DNA of 64,000 nucleotides from Eledone cirrhosa (taxonomy: Eukaryota). The position numbers and the translations under genes were made by a program. Positions 12,179-25,521 of this stretch are shown in pieces (position 1 is the stretch's first letter; every line of letters starts with the position of its first letter). The notes beneath the pieces are model-generated. The model was not told the origin of the DNA. It did not search any database and saw nothing but the letters and a program-made list of their open reading frames with translations. Location of the stretch: NCBI GenBank assembly GCA_964016885.1, contig CAXHJY010000590.1, positions 42,137 through 106,136 of the forward strand. Direction: 5' to 3'.

Positions 12179-14620
12179 TTAATTAGGTTTATAATATTTA
12201 AATGTTTTTTTTAGTTTATGATTACACGATATAATTAATTCCTGTCGTTTATTTAATAAGATATCCCTAGACTTCATTATTTCAAATAGTTCTTGGGAAC
12301 ATAATCTACATTCCTTTCTATTATTTTGATAAGGGGTGGCTCTTTTGAGCACACTCCAGGTCAAATCATATTTTATATTCTTATTTTTATAACTATTGAT
12401 TTTTTCTGCTAGAGATGTTGTATTAGCCAGTGCGGCATTTTTAAAACTATGCTTGTGGGTATTAAACCTTGTCTTAAAATTGTTAGAGGTAGCTCCTATA
12501 TATGAGCAAATAGAATCTTTAGTTTTAACATTACATTTATAGACTATGTTGTTAACAAGACAATTCCCTTTTAATGGGCAGTTTGCTTTGTTTCTACAGT
12601 TACATCCTTTCGTTAATTCTGTATTTGAGGAGATATTATGGTTAATTTGATGTACTGGTGGTATACTTATGGTTTTCTTACATTTATATGCATTATATGC
12701 ACTTATATTTTGTTTTATGTTATTTGTTGTAGAGTATGAGAATTTAACTGTAGACCTATTTAAGATTTGATGGTATTTGTGGTTTGGCGGGAAGTTTTTC
12801 TCAAGGATATAAAAAAATTTTTTAGCAATATTATCCTTAACTTGTAAATTAAAAGGAGCATTATACCAAGTAACTCGTCTATTACGGTTTCTATGTTGTT
12901 TATTATTTTTATTATTTTTATAGGTTGTATCGTGATTTTTACTAGGAGGATTAATGTTAATGATCTCACCATAACTATTTTTAGTTATATTTGTAGATTT
13001 AGGTGTTTTATCTTTTTTATTAGGAGTTTTATTATTAATATTTATTATAGTTGTATGATGAGTAGTTTTTTGAGGGTTACTATACTTTATATTAGAAGAT
13101 TTAGTATTTTGGGGTATATTGTGGGTGGCATTTAGGTGTGTACTTTTCATTTGGTGTTTGTTGGTAATATTATGCTGTATGTTTTCAGTATTTTTAGTAG
13201 AAGGTATATACTCTAATCTATTTTTGTGGCCACTTCTATCTAGAGCTTCATTATAAAAGGTCGCATTTTTATCAAATACATCTTGGTTAGAAGAAAGGTT
13301 AGAAATTCTAAGTGATATATTATATGCAAGGTTTTTAAGGATAGATTTAGGGTGATTAGATTGTGAGTGTATGTAATGTAAGTTTTGGTTAGGTTTATGG
13401 TAAGGTTGGTAGATACCCGTAGCTAAATCTAAAGTTATATCTAGGAAATTTACTACTTTACTTGTTTTTTCAAAAGTAATATTAAGATTATAATAGTCTT
13501 TAAGGAAAGTTCTAATATGTTTTTTGTTTTTTTCGATTTCTGAAAGGCTAAGGTTGTTAGAAAGAAGAAGACAGTCATCACGATATAAACCACCTTTGAG
13601 GTGGGGAAAAGAGGCATTTATGTTGAAAAGGAGAAAGAGGCCCACAAGATCAGTAATTTGGGCGGAATCGCTTGAACCCATAGTAATATCAAAAAGATTA
13701 CTGTATGTGTTTCTGGTCCAGTATTCATTCTGAAATTCAATAAGTGTTAGTCTAGCATGTGTAATAATGTTAATGTCATCCGAAGTTAAGCTAGATCTAT
13801 TTTTAGCAAATATCAATGCTTTGTTCAGGAGTATAGGTGATATAGAAGAATAGTAATTATCTATATCAAATTGTAGGAAAGAAGCAGAAGATTTACACCT
13901 AATATTTTTAAACCAGTTAATTACCTGGGAGGTGTTTTCCCAGAGTGGTAAAATAACGTGTTTTCTTATTTGTGGGATGACTCTATCTAAAATTTTTTTG
14001 CTAATTATTCCAATATCTGATTTGGAGGGACATATAAGTCTGATAGAAGGATTAGAGTTAAAGATAGATTTGTGATCTTTCAGGTTGAAATGTGGTCTTT
14101 TCAATGCCAAAGGTTCAGTTCTATCTTCAATGTTTAGTTTTTTTACTATGTTGTGTGTTTTGTTGTTGATGTTGGTGAGTGACACATTATTAGATTTTTT
14201 ATAATTTTTTCTGAGTTCTTTATATATGAACTCATTATAATGTTCAATATCCATATGATACAAGTTACCAGTTTTGTCCGAGTGGACATGGATTTTTTTA
14301 GACTTTTTTAGGTCCAATAGGGTAGAATCAAGGTCCTTTTGAAAGACGGATTTATACTTTTTAAATTTGAGGTGTTTAATTAAATTAAAAAGGTCTTTCT
14401 CGAAGTCTTCAAGTAAAAAGTTGTGTGGTGGATTCTTGTAAGTATTGAAATCATACATATATTTCCGATCTGCTTGTTTAGATTTTCTATCGAAGTGGTA
14501 GGCTCTCCATCTAACCCTTCTGATAAAATTATTAGTTTTCTGAATCATAAGGAGTAAGAAGTCGTCCTTAGAAGGTATTGGTATGTTTTTTAAGGAGGTT
14601 CCTAAATATTGTTTTTCCAT
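12179..14620 (-). CDS. PLE RT + C-terminal GIY-YIG endonuclease (~813 aa from ATG MEKQ), Nematis-like
   Basis: SLKNIPIPS...RRVRWRAYHF N-terminus, DKTGN, IRLICP, QFDIDNYY, TMGS, YRDD, FLDI, CNCRNKANCPLKGNC linker, IVYKC...YIGAT...RFNTH. Confidence 0.93.
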   Translation of the reverse strand: MEKQYLGTSLKNIPIPSKDDFLLLMIQKTNNFIRRVRWRAYHFDRKSKQADRKYMYDFNTYKNPPHNFLLEDFEKDLFNLIKHLKFKKYKSVFQKDLDSTLLDLKKSKKIHVHSDKTGNLYHMDIEHYNEFIYKELRKNYKKSNNVSLTNINNKTHNIVKKLNIEDRTEPLALKRPHFNLKDHKSIFNSNPSIRLICPSKSDIGIISKKILDRVIPQIRKHVILPLWENTSQVINWFKNIRCKSSASFLQFDIDNYYSSISPILLNKALIFAKNRSSLTSDDINIITHARLTLIEFQNEYWTRNTYSNLFDITMGSSDSAQITDLVGLFLLFNINASFPHLKGGLYRDDCLLLSNNLSLSEIEKNKKHIRTFLKDYYNLNITFEKTSKVVNFLDITLDLATGIYQPYHKPNQNLHYIHSQSNHPKSILKNLAYNISLRISNLSSNQDVFDKNATFYNEALDRSGHKNRLEYIPSTKNTENIQHNITNKHQMKSTHLNATHNIPQNTKSSNIKYSNPQKTTHHTTIININNKTPNKKDKTPKSTNITKNSYGEIININPPSKNHDTTYKNNKNNKQHRNRNRRVTWYNAPFNLQVKDNIAKKFFYILEKNFPPNHKYHQILNRSTVKFSYSTTNNIKQNISAYNAYKCKKTISIPPVHQINHNISSNTELTKGCNCRNKANCPLKGNCLVNNIVYKCNVKTKDSICSYIGATSNNFKTRFNTHKHSFKNAALANTTSLAEKINSYKNKNIKYDLTWSVLKRATPYQNNRKECRLCSQELFEIMKSRDILLNKRQELIISCNHKLKKTFKYYKPN

Positions 14621-14963
14621 TGTGATATGGATGATGGACAATTGAAAGAGCTCAACTAAATGTATATGGGTTTACAAAATCATACATATATATATGTTTA
14701 TACATAAATATAAAATTAATACACACATACAGTACAAAAATACGAATATTTCCGTGAAAATAGGAGCAAAATTATGTAGATACATCTACCAAGAGTTTAC
14801 GGTAGTGTCCAATCCGTATGAAGAACTCAATGTATTCCGGATATCATGGAAAGAAGAGATGTAATGAAAAACCACTTTCGGTGAAAGATAAACGGTATAC
14901 AGAGTCAAGATAAAATATTAAACAAATAATGAATAAACAATTCCTTATATTAAACAAAAAAAG

Positions 14964-15118
14964 TTCATTATTTAACGATCGTTTCTAGGGCATATATGTG
15001 TTATAATTGGTATGCATATTCAACAGATCTATGTACAAAATTATACAAAATTATACAAATTATCAAGATTAAATATACATACCTAACACATATATACGCC
15101 GTCTTCAGAAATAATGAA
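14964..15118 (-). ncRNA. Type I hammerhead ribozyme motif (copy 2)
   Basis: Same sequence as 8116-8270. Confidence 0.75.
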
Positions 15119-16056
15119 GTATATTTATTGATAATAACAACAATTCAAAATTTCAGTTCAAAATTGACCAATGAAAACACAAAGGGTTAAAAGCAGTTCG
15201 GTGTGTGTATATACATGTAAAATCCTTACACATATTTTACAAAAATGTATGTATAACTTGTATACGCATACTAAAAAGATGGATGCAAACACAAAATTTC
15301 AAGGTTAATATCTCTGTAAGCTTAAAATGCGCTGATAAGATGCGCATTGATACTTATGGAGTCAAGCATATACATATATTTTTTCATATTCACACATATC
15401 AGTACAATCACACATACACGCGCGTATATGCATAAATATACACATAACCACGAACATACAAACACACACACACCCCCACTCACATTTATATATGTGGATA
15501 TAAAATCATAAGCGCATGGATATTAAATCACTCACATAAAACACTGGCACACACATTTCAAGATCAAGATACAGAAATTAGGTGGGAGGGGGGGGAGGGG
15601 TCAGTATTCAATTGTCTGAGCAGACTGCCTAATATAAATGTATCTATAAATTAAGAAAAATAAAAAAATAAAACAATAAAATATAATAAATATAATATAA
15701 TATACATACACATACAGATATATACACATACATACATGTACGCGCACATAGAAATATTTACGCATACACACATACACACATACATATACAGTCATACACA
15801 CACATACACTTACACGAACATACACATACACATATATAAAGATATATATATACACACACACACACACGCAACACATACACACATACACATATATATAAAA
15901 AATGAATAATAAAGATATATATCCATATATATATACACACACATATATATATATATATATACATATATATACATATACATACACATACATCTAAATATAC
16001 ATACACATACATACACACATACATGTACATACATGTACATACATATACGCACATCG

Positions 16057-16105
<49 letters not shown>

Positions 16106-16453
16106 TAGACATATAGATACATACACACACAACTTACATACACATATATATATATATAGATGTACATTCATACATAGAATTAGATATATAATCATACATA
16201 CATATGCACCTACTTATACTCATATATATAAATACATACGCTTCCATATATGCGTATATACATAAAAAACACTACAACCTCACCTAACTCAGACATACAA
16301 ATAAAAATAATAATCAAAAGGCATATGTATATACATACACACACGCATTAATAGAGATATATATATATACACACATACATACACATATATATATATACAT
16401 ATATATACACATACATATATATATATACATATATATATACACACACATACACT

Positions 16454-16490
<37 letters not shown>

Positions 16491-16570
16491 ATATATATCC
16501 ACACACTCATACCACCATAAATACACATACAAACACCCACATATATATATATATATATATATATACACAC

Positions 16571-16611
<41 letters not shown>

Positions 16612-16758
16612 TAAAAAACAGACATGCACATATATATATATATATTTTTTTACACTTATATATACACATATTATATACACATACACAACCTCACTTATAC
16701 ACATATACACATAAGTTATATTATAATAATAAAGAATAATATACATATATATATATAC

Positions 16759-16790
<32 letters not shown>

Positions 16791-16914
16791 ATACATACAT
16801 ACACATACATACATACACATAAACATATACATACATAAATACACACATACGAATAAAGACATATATTCACACATAGACACCTATATATATATATATATAT
16901 CTATATATATATAT

Positions 16915-16967
<53 letters not shown>

Positions 16968-18116
16968 GACACACATACACACTCACATATATATATATAT
17001 ATATATATGTGTATGTGTGTGTGCGCACATACACATATATACACACACACATACAAACACACACAAACACATACATATGCATACGTGCACACACACACAC
17101 ATATATCACATAGATACGAAGATAAACATATAAATAGAGAGACATACATATATATACAACATACCTACACATACATACATACATACGCATATACATACAC
17201 ATATATATATATACATATATATATATATATTCCCATATATACAAGCATACACATACATACACATACATACACATACATACACATATACATACAACACATT
17301 CACATACACATACATATATAATGCATATATATACATATATATACATACATATGTACACTCATATATACACACGCAATCTTACATTCATATTTGCATGCGC
17401 ATATATGTATTTTTATATTTAGATATAAATACCCAAACCTATATAGACACCTACCTACATATATATATTCATACATAGACGCTTACAAATACAGATGATA
17501 ATAGTATGGTGGAAAGGGGGGGTTTGGAGAAGGGGATCAAAGTAAATATATGTTTCAAGAAACATATAATATTTTCCGTATCTTTATTCAATGTATGTTC
17601 TTACATATTTTCAGTGCTAGGAAATACGACAAACAAGAAAAGGCAAAATCTATGCATCTCAAAATAAATAAGTATACCATTAATCATATGTTAACTAAAC
17701 CAAAGATAGTCAACATATTGATTTCTAAGGTGTAAATTAGTTAGGTTTATAATATTTGAAGCAGAATTTTGAAGTCAAACAGTAGTAGATTATTAATTAC
17801 AGTATAACTAAATTAAAGTTAATAACGTTATGGTATCAATATTAGGAAATGAATTTAGTAATAGGGAAAAGAAACCCAAATAAAAATAAAATAAAGTATT
17901 ACATCGGTAGTAGCATATAAATTATATGTTAACTAAATTAAAAATTATATATTTATTTCAATAGTATATGTTAATTAGTATATGTTAATTAGGTATACAA
18001 TACATAAAGCAGATATTGTATTTCATCAATAGCATAATATAATTATATGCAAATAGAAATCAAAATTAATACGCATACATATACATATACATACACATAC
18101 ACATATACATACATAT

Positions 18117-18159
<43 letters not shown>

Positions 18160-18692
18160 TACACATATATACATACATACAGATACACATACACACACAT
18201 ACATACACATACACATATACATATACATATCTTTTTCAAAAAATTGCACAGAATATATTAACTAGGTATATATCCAAAACACATCCCATTCTATGATTAC
18301 ATGACATTCTGCAATTCGTCTGTATAAGGATACTAATTTTAAGCAAATTAAAATTAAAATTTTTAGGTTGATTAAAACTAAAACCAAATAATAAATATAT
18401 TTCCAAAATGTATAATAATTAGGTCTATAATACTAAAAATTATTTCTCTGTCATTGGATACACGATATTATTATGTTATATTTTATCTGTAAAAGAGTTA
18501 TAATAAAAGGTTTAAATAAATTAAAATTAATCTATAAATTAAATTACTAAGTATATATTAGTAATATTTAAAGGTTTTTCACAATTTATGATTACATAAT
18601 ATTTTATATTCTCATCTGTAATAAAATATTTATTAAATTAAATTTATAGGTTAACTAACATTTAAATTAAATTAATTTCTAGAATAATGTTA

Positions 18693-21134
18693 TTAATTAG
18701 GTTTATAATATTTAAATGTTTTTTTTAGTTTATGATTACACGATATAATTAATTCCTGTCGTTTATTTAATAAGATATCCCTAGACTTCATTATTTCAAA
18801 TAGTTCTTGGGAACATAATCTACATTCCTTTCTATTATTTTGATAAGGGGTGGCTCTTTTGAGCACACTCCAGGTCAAATCATATTTTATATTCTTATTT
18901 TTATAACTATTGATTTTTTCTGCTAGAGATGTTGTATTAGCCAGTGCGGCATTTTTAAAACTATGCTTGTGGGTATTAAACCTTGTCTTAAAATTGTTAG
19001 AGGTAGCTCCTATATATGAGCAAATAGAATCTTTAGTTTTAACATTACATTTATAGACTATGTTGTTAACAAGACAATTCCCTTTTAATGGGCAGTTTGC
19101 TTTGTTTCTACAGTTACATCCTTTCGTTAATTCTGTATTTGAGGAGATATTATGGTTAATTTGATGTACTGGTGGTATACTTATGGTTTTCTTACATTTA
19201 TATGCATTATATGCACTTATATTTTGTTTTATGTTATTTGTTGTAGAGTATGAGAATTTAACTGTAGACCTATTTAAGATTTGATGGTATTTGTGGTTTG
19301 GCGGGAAGTTTTTCTCAAGGATATAAAAAAATTTTTTAGCAATATTATCCTTAACTTGTAAATTAAAAGGAGCATTATACCAAGTAACTCGTCTATTACG
19401 GTTTCTATGTTGTTTATTATTTTTATTATTTTTATAGGTTGTATCGTGATTTTTACTAGGAGGATTAATGTTAATGATCTCACCACAACTATTTTTAGTT
19501 ATATTTGTAGATTTAGGTGTTTTATCTTTTTTATTAGGAGTTTTATTATTAATATTTATTATAGTTGTATGATGAGTAGTTTTTTGAGGGTTACTATACT
19601 TTATATTAGAAGATTTAGTATTTTGGGGTATATTGTGGGTGGCATTTAGGTGTGTACTTTTCATTTGGTGTTTGTTGGTAATATTATGCTGTATGTTTTC
19701 AGTATTTTTAGTAGAAGGTATATACTCTAATCTATTTTTGTGGCCACTTCTATCTAGAGCTTCATTATAAAAGGTCGCATTTTTATCAAATACATCTTGG
19801 TTAGAAGAAAGGTTAGAAATTCTAAGTGATATATTATATGCAAGGTTTTTAAGGATAGATTTAGGGTGATTAGATTGTGAGTGTATGTAATGTAAGTTTT
19901 GGTTAGGTTTATGGTAAGGTTGGTAGATACCCGTAGCTAAATCTAAAGTTATATCTAGGAAATTTACTACTTTACTTGTTTTTTCAAAAGTAATATTAAG
20001 ATTATAATAGTCTTTAAGGAAAGTTCTAATATGTTTTTTGTTTTTTTCGATTTCTGAAAGGCTAAGGTTGTTAGAAAGAAGAAGACAGTCATCACGATAT
20101 AAACCACCTTTGAGGTGGGGAAAAGAGGCATTTATGTTGAAAAGGAGAAAGAGGCCCACAAGATCAGTAATTTGGGCGGAATCGCTTGAACCCATAGTAA
20201 TATCAAAAAGATTACTGTATGTGTTTCTGGTCCAGTATTCATTCTGAAATTCAATAAGTGTTAGTCTAGCATGTGTAATAATGTTAATGTCATCCGAAGT
20301 TAAGCTAGATCTATTTTTAGCAAATATCAATGCTTTGTTCAGGAGTATAGGTGATATAGAAGAATAGTAATTATCTATATCAAATTGTAGGAAAGAAGCA
20401 GAAGATTTACACCTAATATTTTTAAACCAGTTAATTACCTGGGAGGTGTTTTCCCAGAGTGGTAAAATAACGTGTTTTCTTATTTGTGGGATGACTCTAT
20501 CTAAAATTTTTTTGCTAATTATTCCAATATCTGATTTGGAGGGACATATAAGTCTGATAGAAGGATTAGAGTTAAAGTTAGATTTGTGATCTTTCAGGTT
20601 GAAATGTGGTCTTTTCAATGCCAAAGGTTCAGTTCTATCTTCAATGTTTAGTTTTTTTACTATGTTGTGTGTTTTGTTGTTGATGTTGGTGAGTGACACA
20701 TTATTAGATTTTTTATAATTTTTTCTGAGTTCTTTATATATGAACTCATTATAATGTTCAATATCCATATGATACAAGTTACCAGTTTTGTCCGAGTGGA
20801 CATGGATTTTTTTAGACTTTTTTAGGTCCAATAGGGTAGAATCAAGGTCCTTTTGAAAGACGGATTTATACTTTTTAAATTTGAGGTGTTTAATTAAATT
20901 AAAAAGGTCTTTCTCGAAGTCTTCAAGTAAAAAGTTGTGTGGTGGATTCTTGTAAGTATTGAAATCATACATATATTTCCGATCTGCTTGTTTAGATTTT
21001 CTATCGAAGTGGTAGGCTCTCCATCTAACCCTTCTGATAAAATTATTAGTTTTCTGAATCATAAGGAGTAAGAAGTCGTCCTTAGAAGGTATTGGTATGT
21101 TTTTTAAGGAGGTTCCTAAATATTGTTTTTCCAT
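18693..21134 (-). CDS. PLE RT + GIY-YIG endonuclease, copy 2 (intact)
   Basis: Matches copy 1 except two visible substitutions (KSIF/KSNF, NSYG/NSCG). Confidence 0.93.
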   Translation of the reverse strand: MEKQYLGTSLKNIPIPSKDDFLLLMIQKTNNFIRRVRWRAYHFDRKSKQADRKYMYDFNTYKNPPHNFLLEDFEKDLFNLIKHLKFKKYKSVFQKDLDSTLLDLKKSKKIHVHSDKTGNLYHMDIEHYNEFIYKELRKNYKKSNNVSLTNINNKTHNIVKKLNIEDRTEPLALKRPHFNLKDHKSNFNSNPSIRLICPSKSDIGIISKKILDRVIPQIRKHVILPLWENTSQVINWFKNIRCKSSASFLQFDIDNYYSSISPILLNKALIFAKNRSSLTSDDINIITHARLTLIEFQNEYWTRNTYSNLFDITMGSSDSAQITDLVGLFLLFNINASFPHLKGGLYRDDCLLLSNNLSLSEIEKNKKHIRTFLKDYYNLNITFEKTSKVVNFLDITLDLATGIYQPYHKPNQNLHYIHSQSNHPKSILKNLAYNISLRISNLSSNQDVFDKNATFYNEALDRSGHKNRLEYIPSTKNTENIQHNITNKHQMKSTHLNATHNIPQNTKSSNIKYSNPQKTTHHTTIININNKTPNKKDKTPKSTNITKNSCGEIININPPSKNHDTTYKNNKNNKQHRNRNRRVTWYNAPFNLQVKDNIAKKFFYILEKNFPPNHKYHQILNRSTVKFSYSTTNNIKQNISAYNAYKCKKTISIPPVHQINHNISSNTELTKGCNCRNKANCPLKGNCLVNNIVYKCNVKTKDSICSYIGATSNNFKTRFNTHKHSFKNAALANTTSLAEKINSYKNKNIKYDLTWSVLKRATPYQNNRKECRLCSQELFEIMKSRDILLNKRQELIISCNHKLKKTFKYYKPN

Positions 21135-21495
21135 TGTGATATGGATGATGGACAATTGAAAGAGCTCAACTAAATGTATATGGGTTTACAAAATCATACA
21201 TATATATATGTTTATACATAAATATAAAATTAATACACACATACAGTACAAAAATACGAATATTTCCGTGAAAATAGGAGCAAAATTATGTAGATACATC
21301 TACCAAGAGTTTACGGTAGTGTCCAATCCGTATGAAGAACTCAATGTATTCCGGATATCATGGAAAGAAGAGATGTAATGAAAAACCACTTTCGGTGAAA
21401 GATAAACGGTATACAGAGTCAAGATAAAATATTAAACAAATAATGAATAAACAATTCCTTATATTAAACAAAAAAAGTTCATTATTTAACGATGT

Positions 21496-22601
21496 TGTAT
21501 GTATGTGTATGTATATTTAGATGTATGTGTATGTATATGTATATATATGTATATATATATATATATATGTGTGTGTATATATATATGGATATATATCTTT
21601 ATTATTCATTTTTTATATATATGTGTATGTGTGTATGTGTTGCGTGTGTGTGTGTGTGTATATATATATCTTTATATATGTGTATGTGTATGTTCGTGTA
21701 AGTGTATGTGTGTGTATGACTGTATATGTATGTGTGTATGTGTGTATGCGTAAATATTTCTATGTGCGCGTACATGTATGTATGTGTATATATCTGTATG
21801 TGTATGTATATTATATTATATTTATTATATTTTATTGTTTTATTTTTTTATTTTTCTTAATTTATAGATACATTTATATTAGGCAGTCTGCTCAGACAAT
21901 TGAATACTGACCCCTCCCCCCCCTCCCACCTAATTTCTGTATCTTGATCTTGAAATGTGTGTGCCAGTGTTTTATGTGAGTGATTTAATATCCATGCGCT
22001 TATGATTTTATATCCACATATATAAATGTGAGTGGGGGTGTGTGTGTGTTTGTATGTTCGTGGTTATGTGTATATTTATGCATATACGCGCGTGTATGTG
22101 TGATTGTACTGATATGTGTGAATATGAAAAAATATATGTATATGCTTGACTCCATAAGTATCAATGCGCATCTTATCAGCGCATTTTAAGCTTACAGAGA
22201 TATTAACCTTGAAATTTTGTGTTTGCATCCATCTTTTTAGTATGCGTATACAAGTTATACATACATTTTTGTAAAATATGTGTAAGGATTTTACATGTAT
22301 ATACACACACCGAACTGCTTTTAACCCTTTGTGTTTTCATTGGTCAATTTTGAACTGAAATTTTGAATTGTTGTTATTATCAATAAATATACTTCATTAT
22401 TTCTGAAGACGGCGTATATATGTGTTAGGTATGTATATTTAATCTTGATAATTTGTATAATTTTGTATAATTTTGTACATAGATCTGTTGAATATGCATA
22501 CCAATTATAACACATATATGCCCTAGAAACGATCGTTAAATAATGAACTTTTTTTGTTTAATATAAGGAATTGTTTATTCATTATTTGTTTAATATTTTA
22601 T
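21496..22601 (+). mobile_element. Inverted truncated copy of the PLE 3' region/pLTR
   Basis: Reverse complement of ~8062-9167. Inverted terminal copies are typical of PLE insertions. Confidence 0.9.
22393..22547 (+). ncRNA. Type I hammerhead ribozyme motif (inverted copy 3)
   Basis: TTCATTATTT 22393-22402, CTGAAGA 22403-22409, GAAAC 22526-22530, GATC, GTT 22535-22537, AAATAATGAA 22538-22547. Confidence 0.75.
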
Positions 22602-22819
22602 ATATTATACATATATATATATATATATATATACATATATATACATATATATATAATATACATATATATATAATATACATATATATATAATATACATATA
22701 TATAATATACATATATATAATATACATATATATATAATATACATATATATATAATATACATATATATAATATACATATATATAATATACATATATATAAT
22801 ATACATATATATAATATAC

Positions 22820-22859
<40 letters not shown>

Positions 22860-22871
22860 ATATATATACAT

Positions 22872-24325
22872 ATCATTATCATCATCATCATTTTACGTCC
22901 GCTTTTCCCTGCTTGCAAGGGTGGGACGGGTCTTATTCAGCACATCATCTCTCCACTCGTCACGGTCCCTCGTCATCTCCACCGTGAGCTTCAATGATCT
23001 GAGGTCTGTTCTCACCACCTCCGCCCATGTTTTTCGTGGTCTACCTCTACCATGTCTTCCTTCAACTGGCATTTCCTGGCACTTCTTCACCCATCGGTCA
23101 TGCTCCATGCGCATCACATGTCCATACCACCTCAGTCTCCTCTCCCGTACACTACATTCTATCACTCTCAGACACAGTTTCTCTCTCAACACATTTATGC
23201 TGGGTCGTTCACGCACATTTACACTGCACATCCAACGGATGCTTGCCTCATTTCTCTCCAGCCGTCGCATATCCTCTGCAGTTGCTGCCCATGTCTCACT
23301 ACCATGCAGCATCGCGCTCCTCACACAGGCATCGTACAACCGGCCTTTCGTACGCAGGGAGAAACCCTTCTTCGTCAACAGAGAAAGCAGCTCCCTAAAC
23401 TTCTTCCAACCCATCCTTATTCTAGATACTATGGCCTCGGAACACCCTCCTCCCATGCTAATCTGATCCACCACTTCTATAGCGCCCTCCTGCATTTGAA
23501 AAATGTGTCTATCAATGCGACTTCTACTGTCTAATTTCCCTGTACATCTACTGCATACATATTTCTCCCTACCTGTTAGTTTGACTGCTATCCCACTACA
23601 TCTCTTGTGTACCCAGGATCTGCATTGTGTGCATTTTATAGAATGTATGCCAGTTCCTTTTCTGCATATTGAACATGGCCATTTCCCTGACGGAATCAGG
23701 GTTTTGGCCTCTTTTCTACTCCTCAACACTTTTGTCTTAGCTAGGTTCACTCTCAGTCCTCTTGCTTCCAACTGCTGTTTCCATAGCCAGAATTTATTCT
23801 CTAGCTCCTCTACTGATTCTGCTATAAGAACCAGATCGTCAGCATAGAGAAGTTCCCATGGACAGCCAGTCTTAAACTCCTCTGTTATGGCTTGGAGGAC
23901 TATAATGAACAAGAGCAGGCTGAGGACTGAACCTTGATGTACTCGTACTTATATCTGGAATTCCTCACTAAACTCCAATCCTACCCTGACTTTACTGAGA
24001 GTACCTCTGTACAAAGTTTGCACTGTCCTTACAAGACATTCCTCAACACCTAGCTTCCTTAGGGACCACCAGATGACAGATCGGGGTACCCTATCAAAGC
24101 CTTCTCTAGGTCAACAAAGGCTAAGTATTATGGTTTATTTTTCTCTAAGAACCTCTCTTGCAATTGTCTCACCAAGAAGAGGGCATCTGTTGTACTCTTC
24201 CCAGGCACAAAACCAAACTGCATCTCATCTAGTTTGACCCTTTCTCTAATTAGTTGTGCTAATATCCTTTCTGCCACTTTCATAACCTGATCTATCAGTT
24301 TTATACCCCTATAATTACTCCTCTC
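22872..24325 (-). mobile_element. 5'-truncated, mutated RTE family B copy
   Basis: RT C-terminal half (NYRGIKL to YADD, PHD, GRPRKTW) with indels; (GAT)n tail at 22872-22891. Confidence 0.92.
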
Positions 24326-24328
24326 CAG

Positions 24329-24823
24329 AGTTTCTCCCTGCGTACGAAAGGCCGGTTGTATGATGCCTGTGTGAGGAGCGCGATGCTGCATGGTAGTGAG
24401 ACATGGGCAGCTACCGCAGAAGATATGCGACGGCTGGAGAGAAATGAGGCAAGCATGCTCCGTTGGATGTGCAGTGTAAATGTGCGTGAACGACCCAGCA
24501 TAAATGTGTTGAGAGAGAAACTGTGTCTGAGAGGGATAGAATGTAGTGTACGGGAGAGGAGACTGAGGTGGTATGGACATGTGATGCGCATGGAGGATGA
24601 CCGATGGGTGAAGAAGTGCCAGGAAATGCCAGTTGAAGGAAGACGTGGTAGAGGTAGACCACGAAAAACATGGGCGGAGGTGGTGAGAACAGACCTCAGA
24701 TCATTGAAGCTCACGGTGGAGATGACGAGGGACCGTGACGAGTGGAGAGATGCTGTGCTGAATAAGACCCGTCCCACCCTTGCAAGCAGGGAAAAGCGGA
24801 CGTAAAATGATGATGATGATGAT
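24329..24823 (+). mobile_element. 5'-truncated RTE family B copy, joined head-to-head with the previous copy
   Basis: Matches the reverse complement of ~62101-62597; ends in (TGA)n. Confidence 0.92.
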
Positions 24824-25021
24824 ATATATATACATACATATAAATATATATATATATATATATAGACATACATATAAATATATATATATATATAGACATA
24901 CATATAAATATATACATACATACATATAAATATATACATACATACATATAAATATATATATACATACATATAAATATATATATACATACATATAAATATA
25001 TATATACATACATATATATAC

Positions 25022-25058
<37 letters not shown>

Positions 25059-25373
25059 CATACATATATATATATACATACATATATATATATATACATA
25101 CATATATATATATACATACATATATATATATATATATACATACATATATATATATACATACATACATATATATATATACATACATATATATATATACATA
25201 CATATATATATATACATACACATATATATATATACATACAAATATATATATATACATACAAATATATATATACATATACATACATATACATATACATACA
25301 TATATATATATATACACATACATATATATATATACATACATATACATACATATACATACATATATATACATAC

Positions 25374-25409
<36 letters not shown>

Positions 25410-25489
25410 ATATATATACATACATATATATATATATATACATACATATATATACATATATATATACACATACATATATATATACATAC

Positions 25490-25521
<32 letters not shown>
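24824..25521. repeat. (TA)n/(TACA) microsatellite
   Basis: Direct reading. Confidence 0.95.

Larger units (their letters stand above)
7923..14770 (-). mobile_element. Penelope-like element, Nematis-like, tandem unit 1 (contains a SINE insertion)
   Basis: 6848-bp unit bounded by ATTATGTAGATACATCTACC at 7923 and 14771. Contains an intact RT+GIY-YIG ORF and a ~4.2-kb microsatellite-rich 3' region with a hammerhead motif. Confidence 0.92.
14771..21493 (-). mobile_element. Penelope-like element tandem unit 2 plus ~210-bp partial 5' pLTR (21285-21493)
   Basis: Near-identical to unit 1 (ORF offset 6514 bp). The terminal repeat resumes at 21285 and breaks at ~21493. Confidence 0.92.

Noticed and set aside
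12179-21155. Selenoprotein/Naiad-type PLE
   Set aside because: The endonuclease is C-terminal and there are no in-frame TGA codons in the ORFs.
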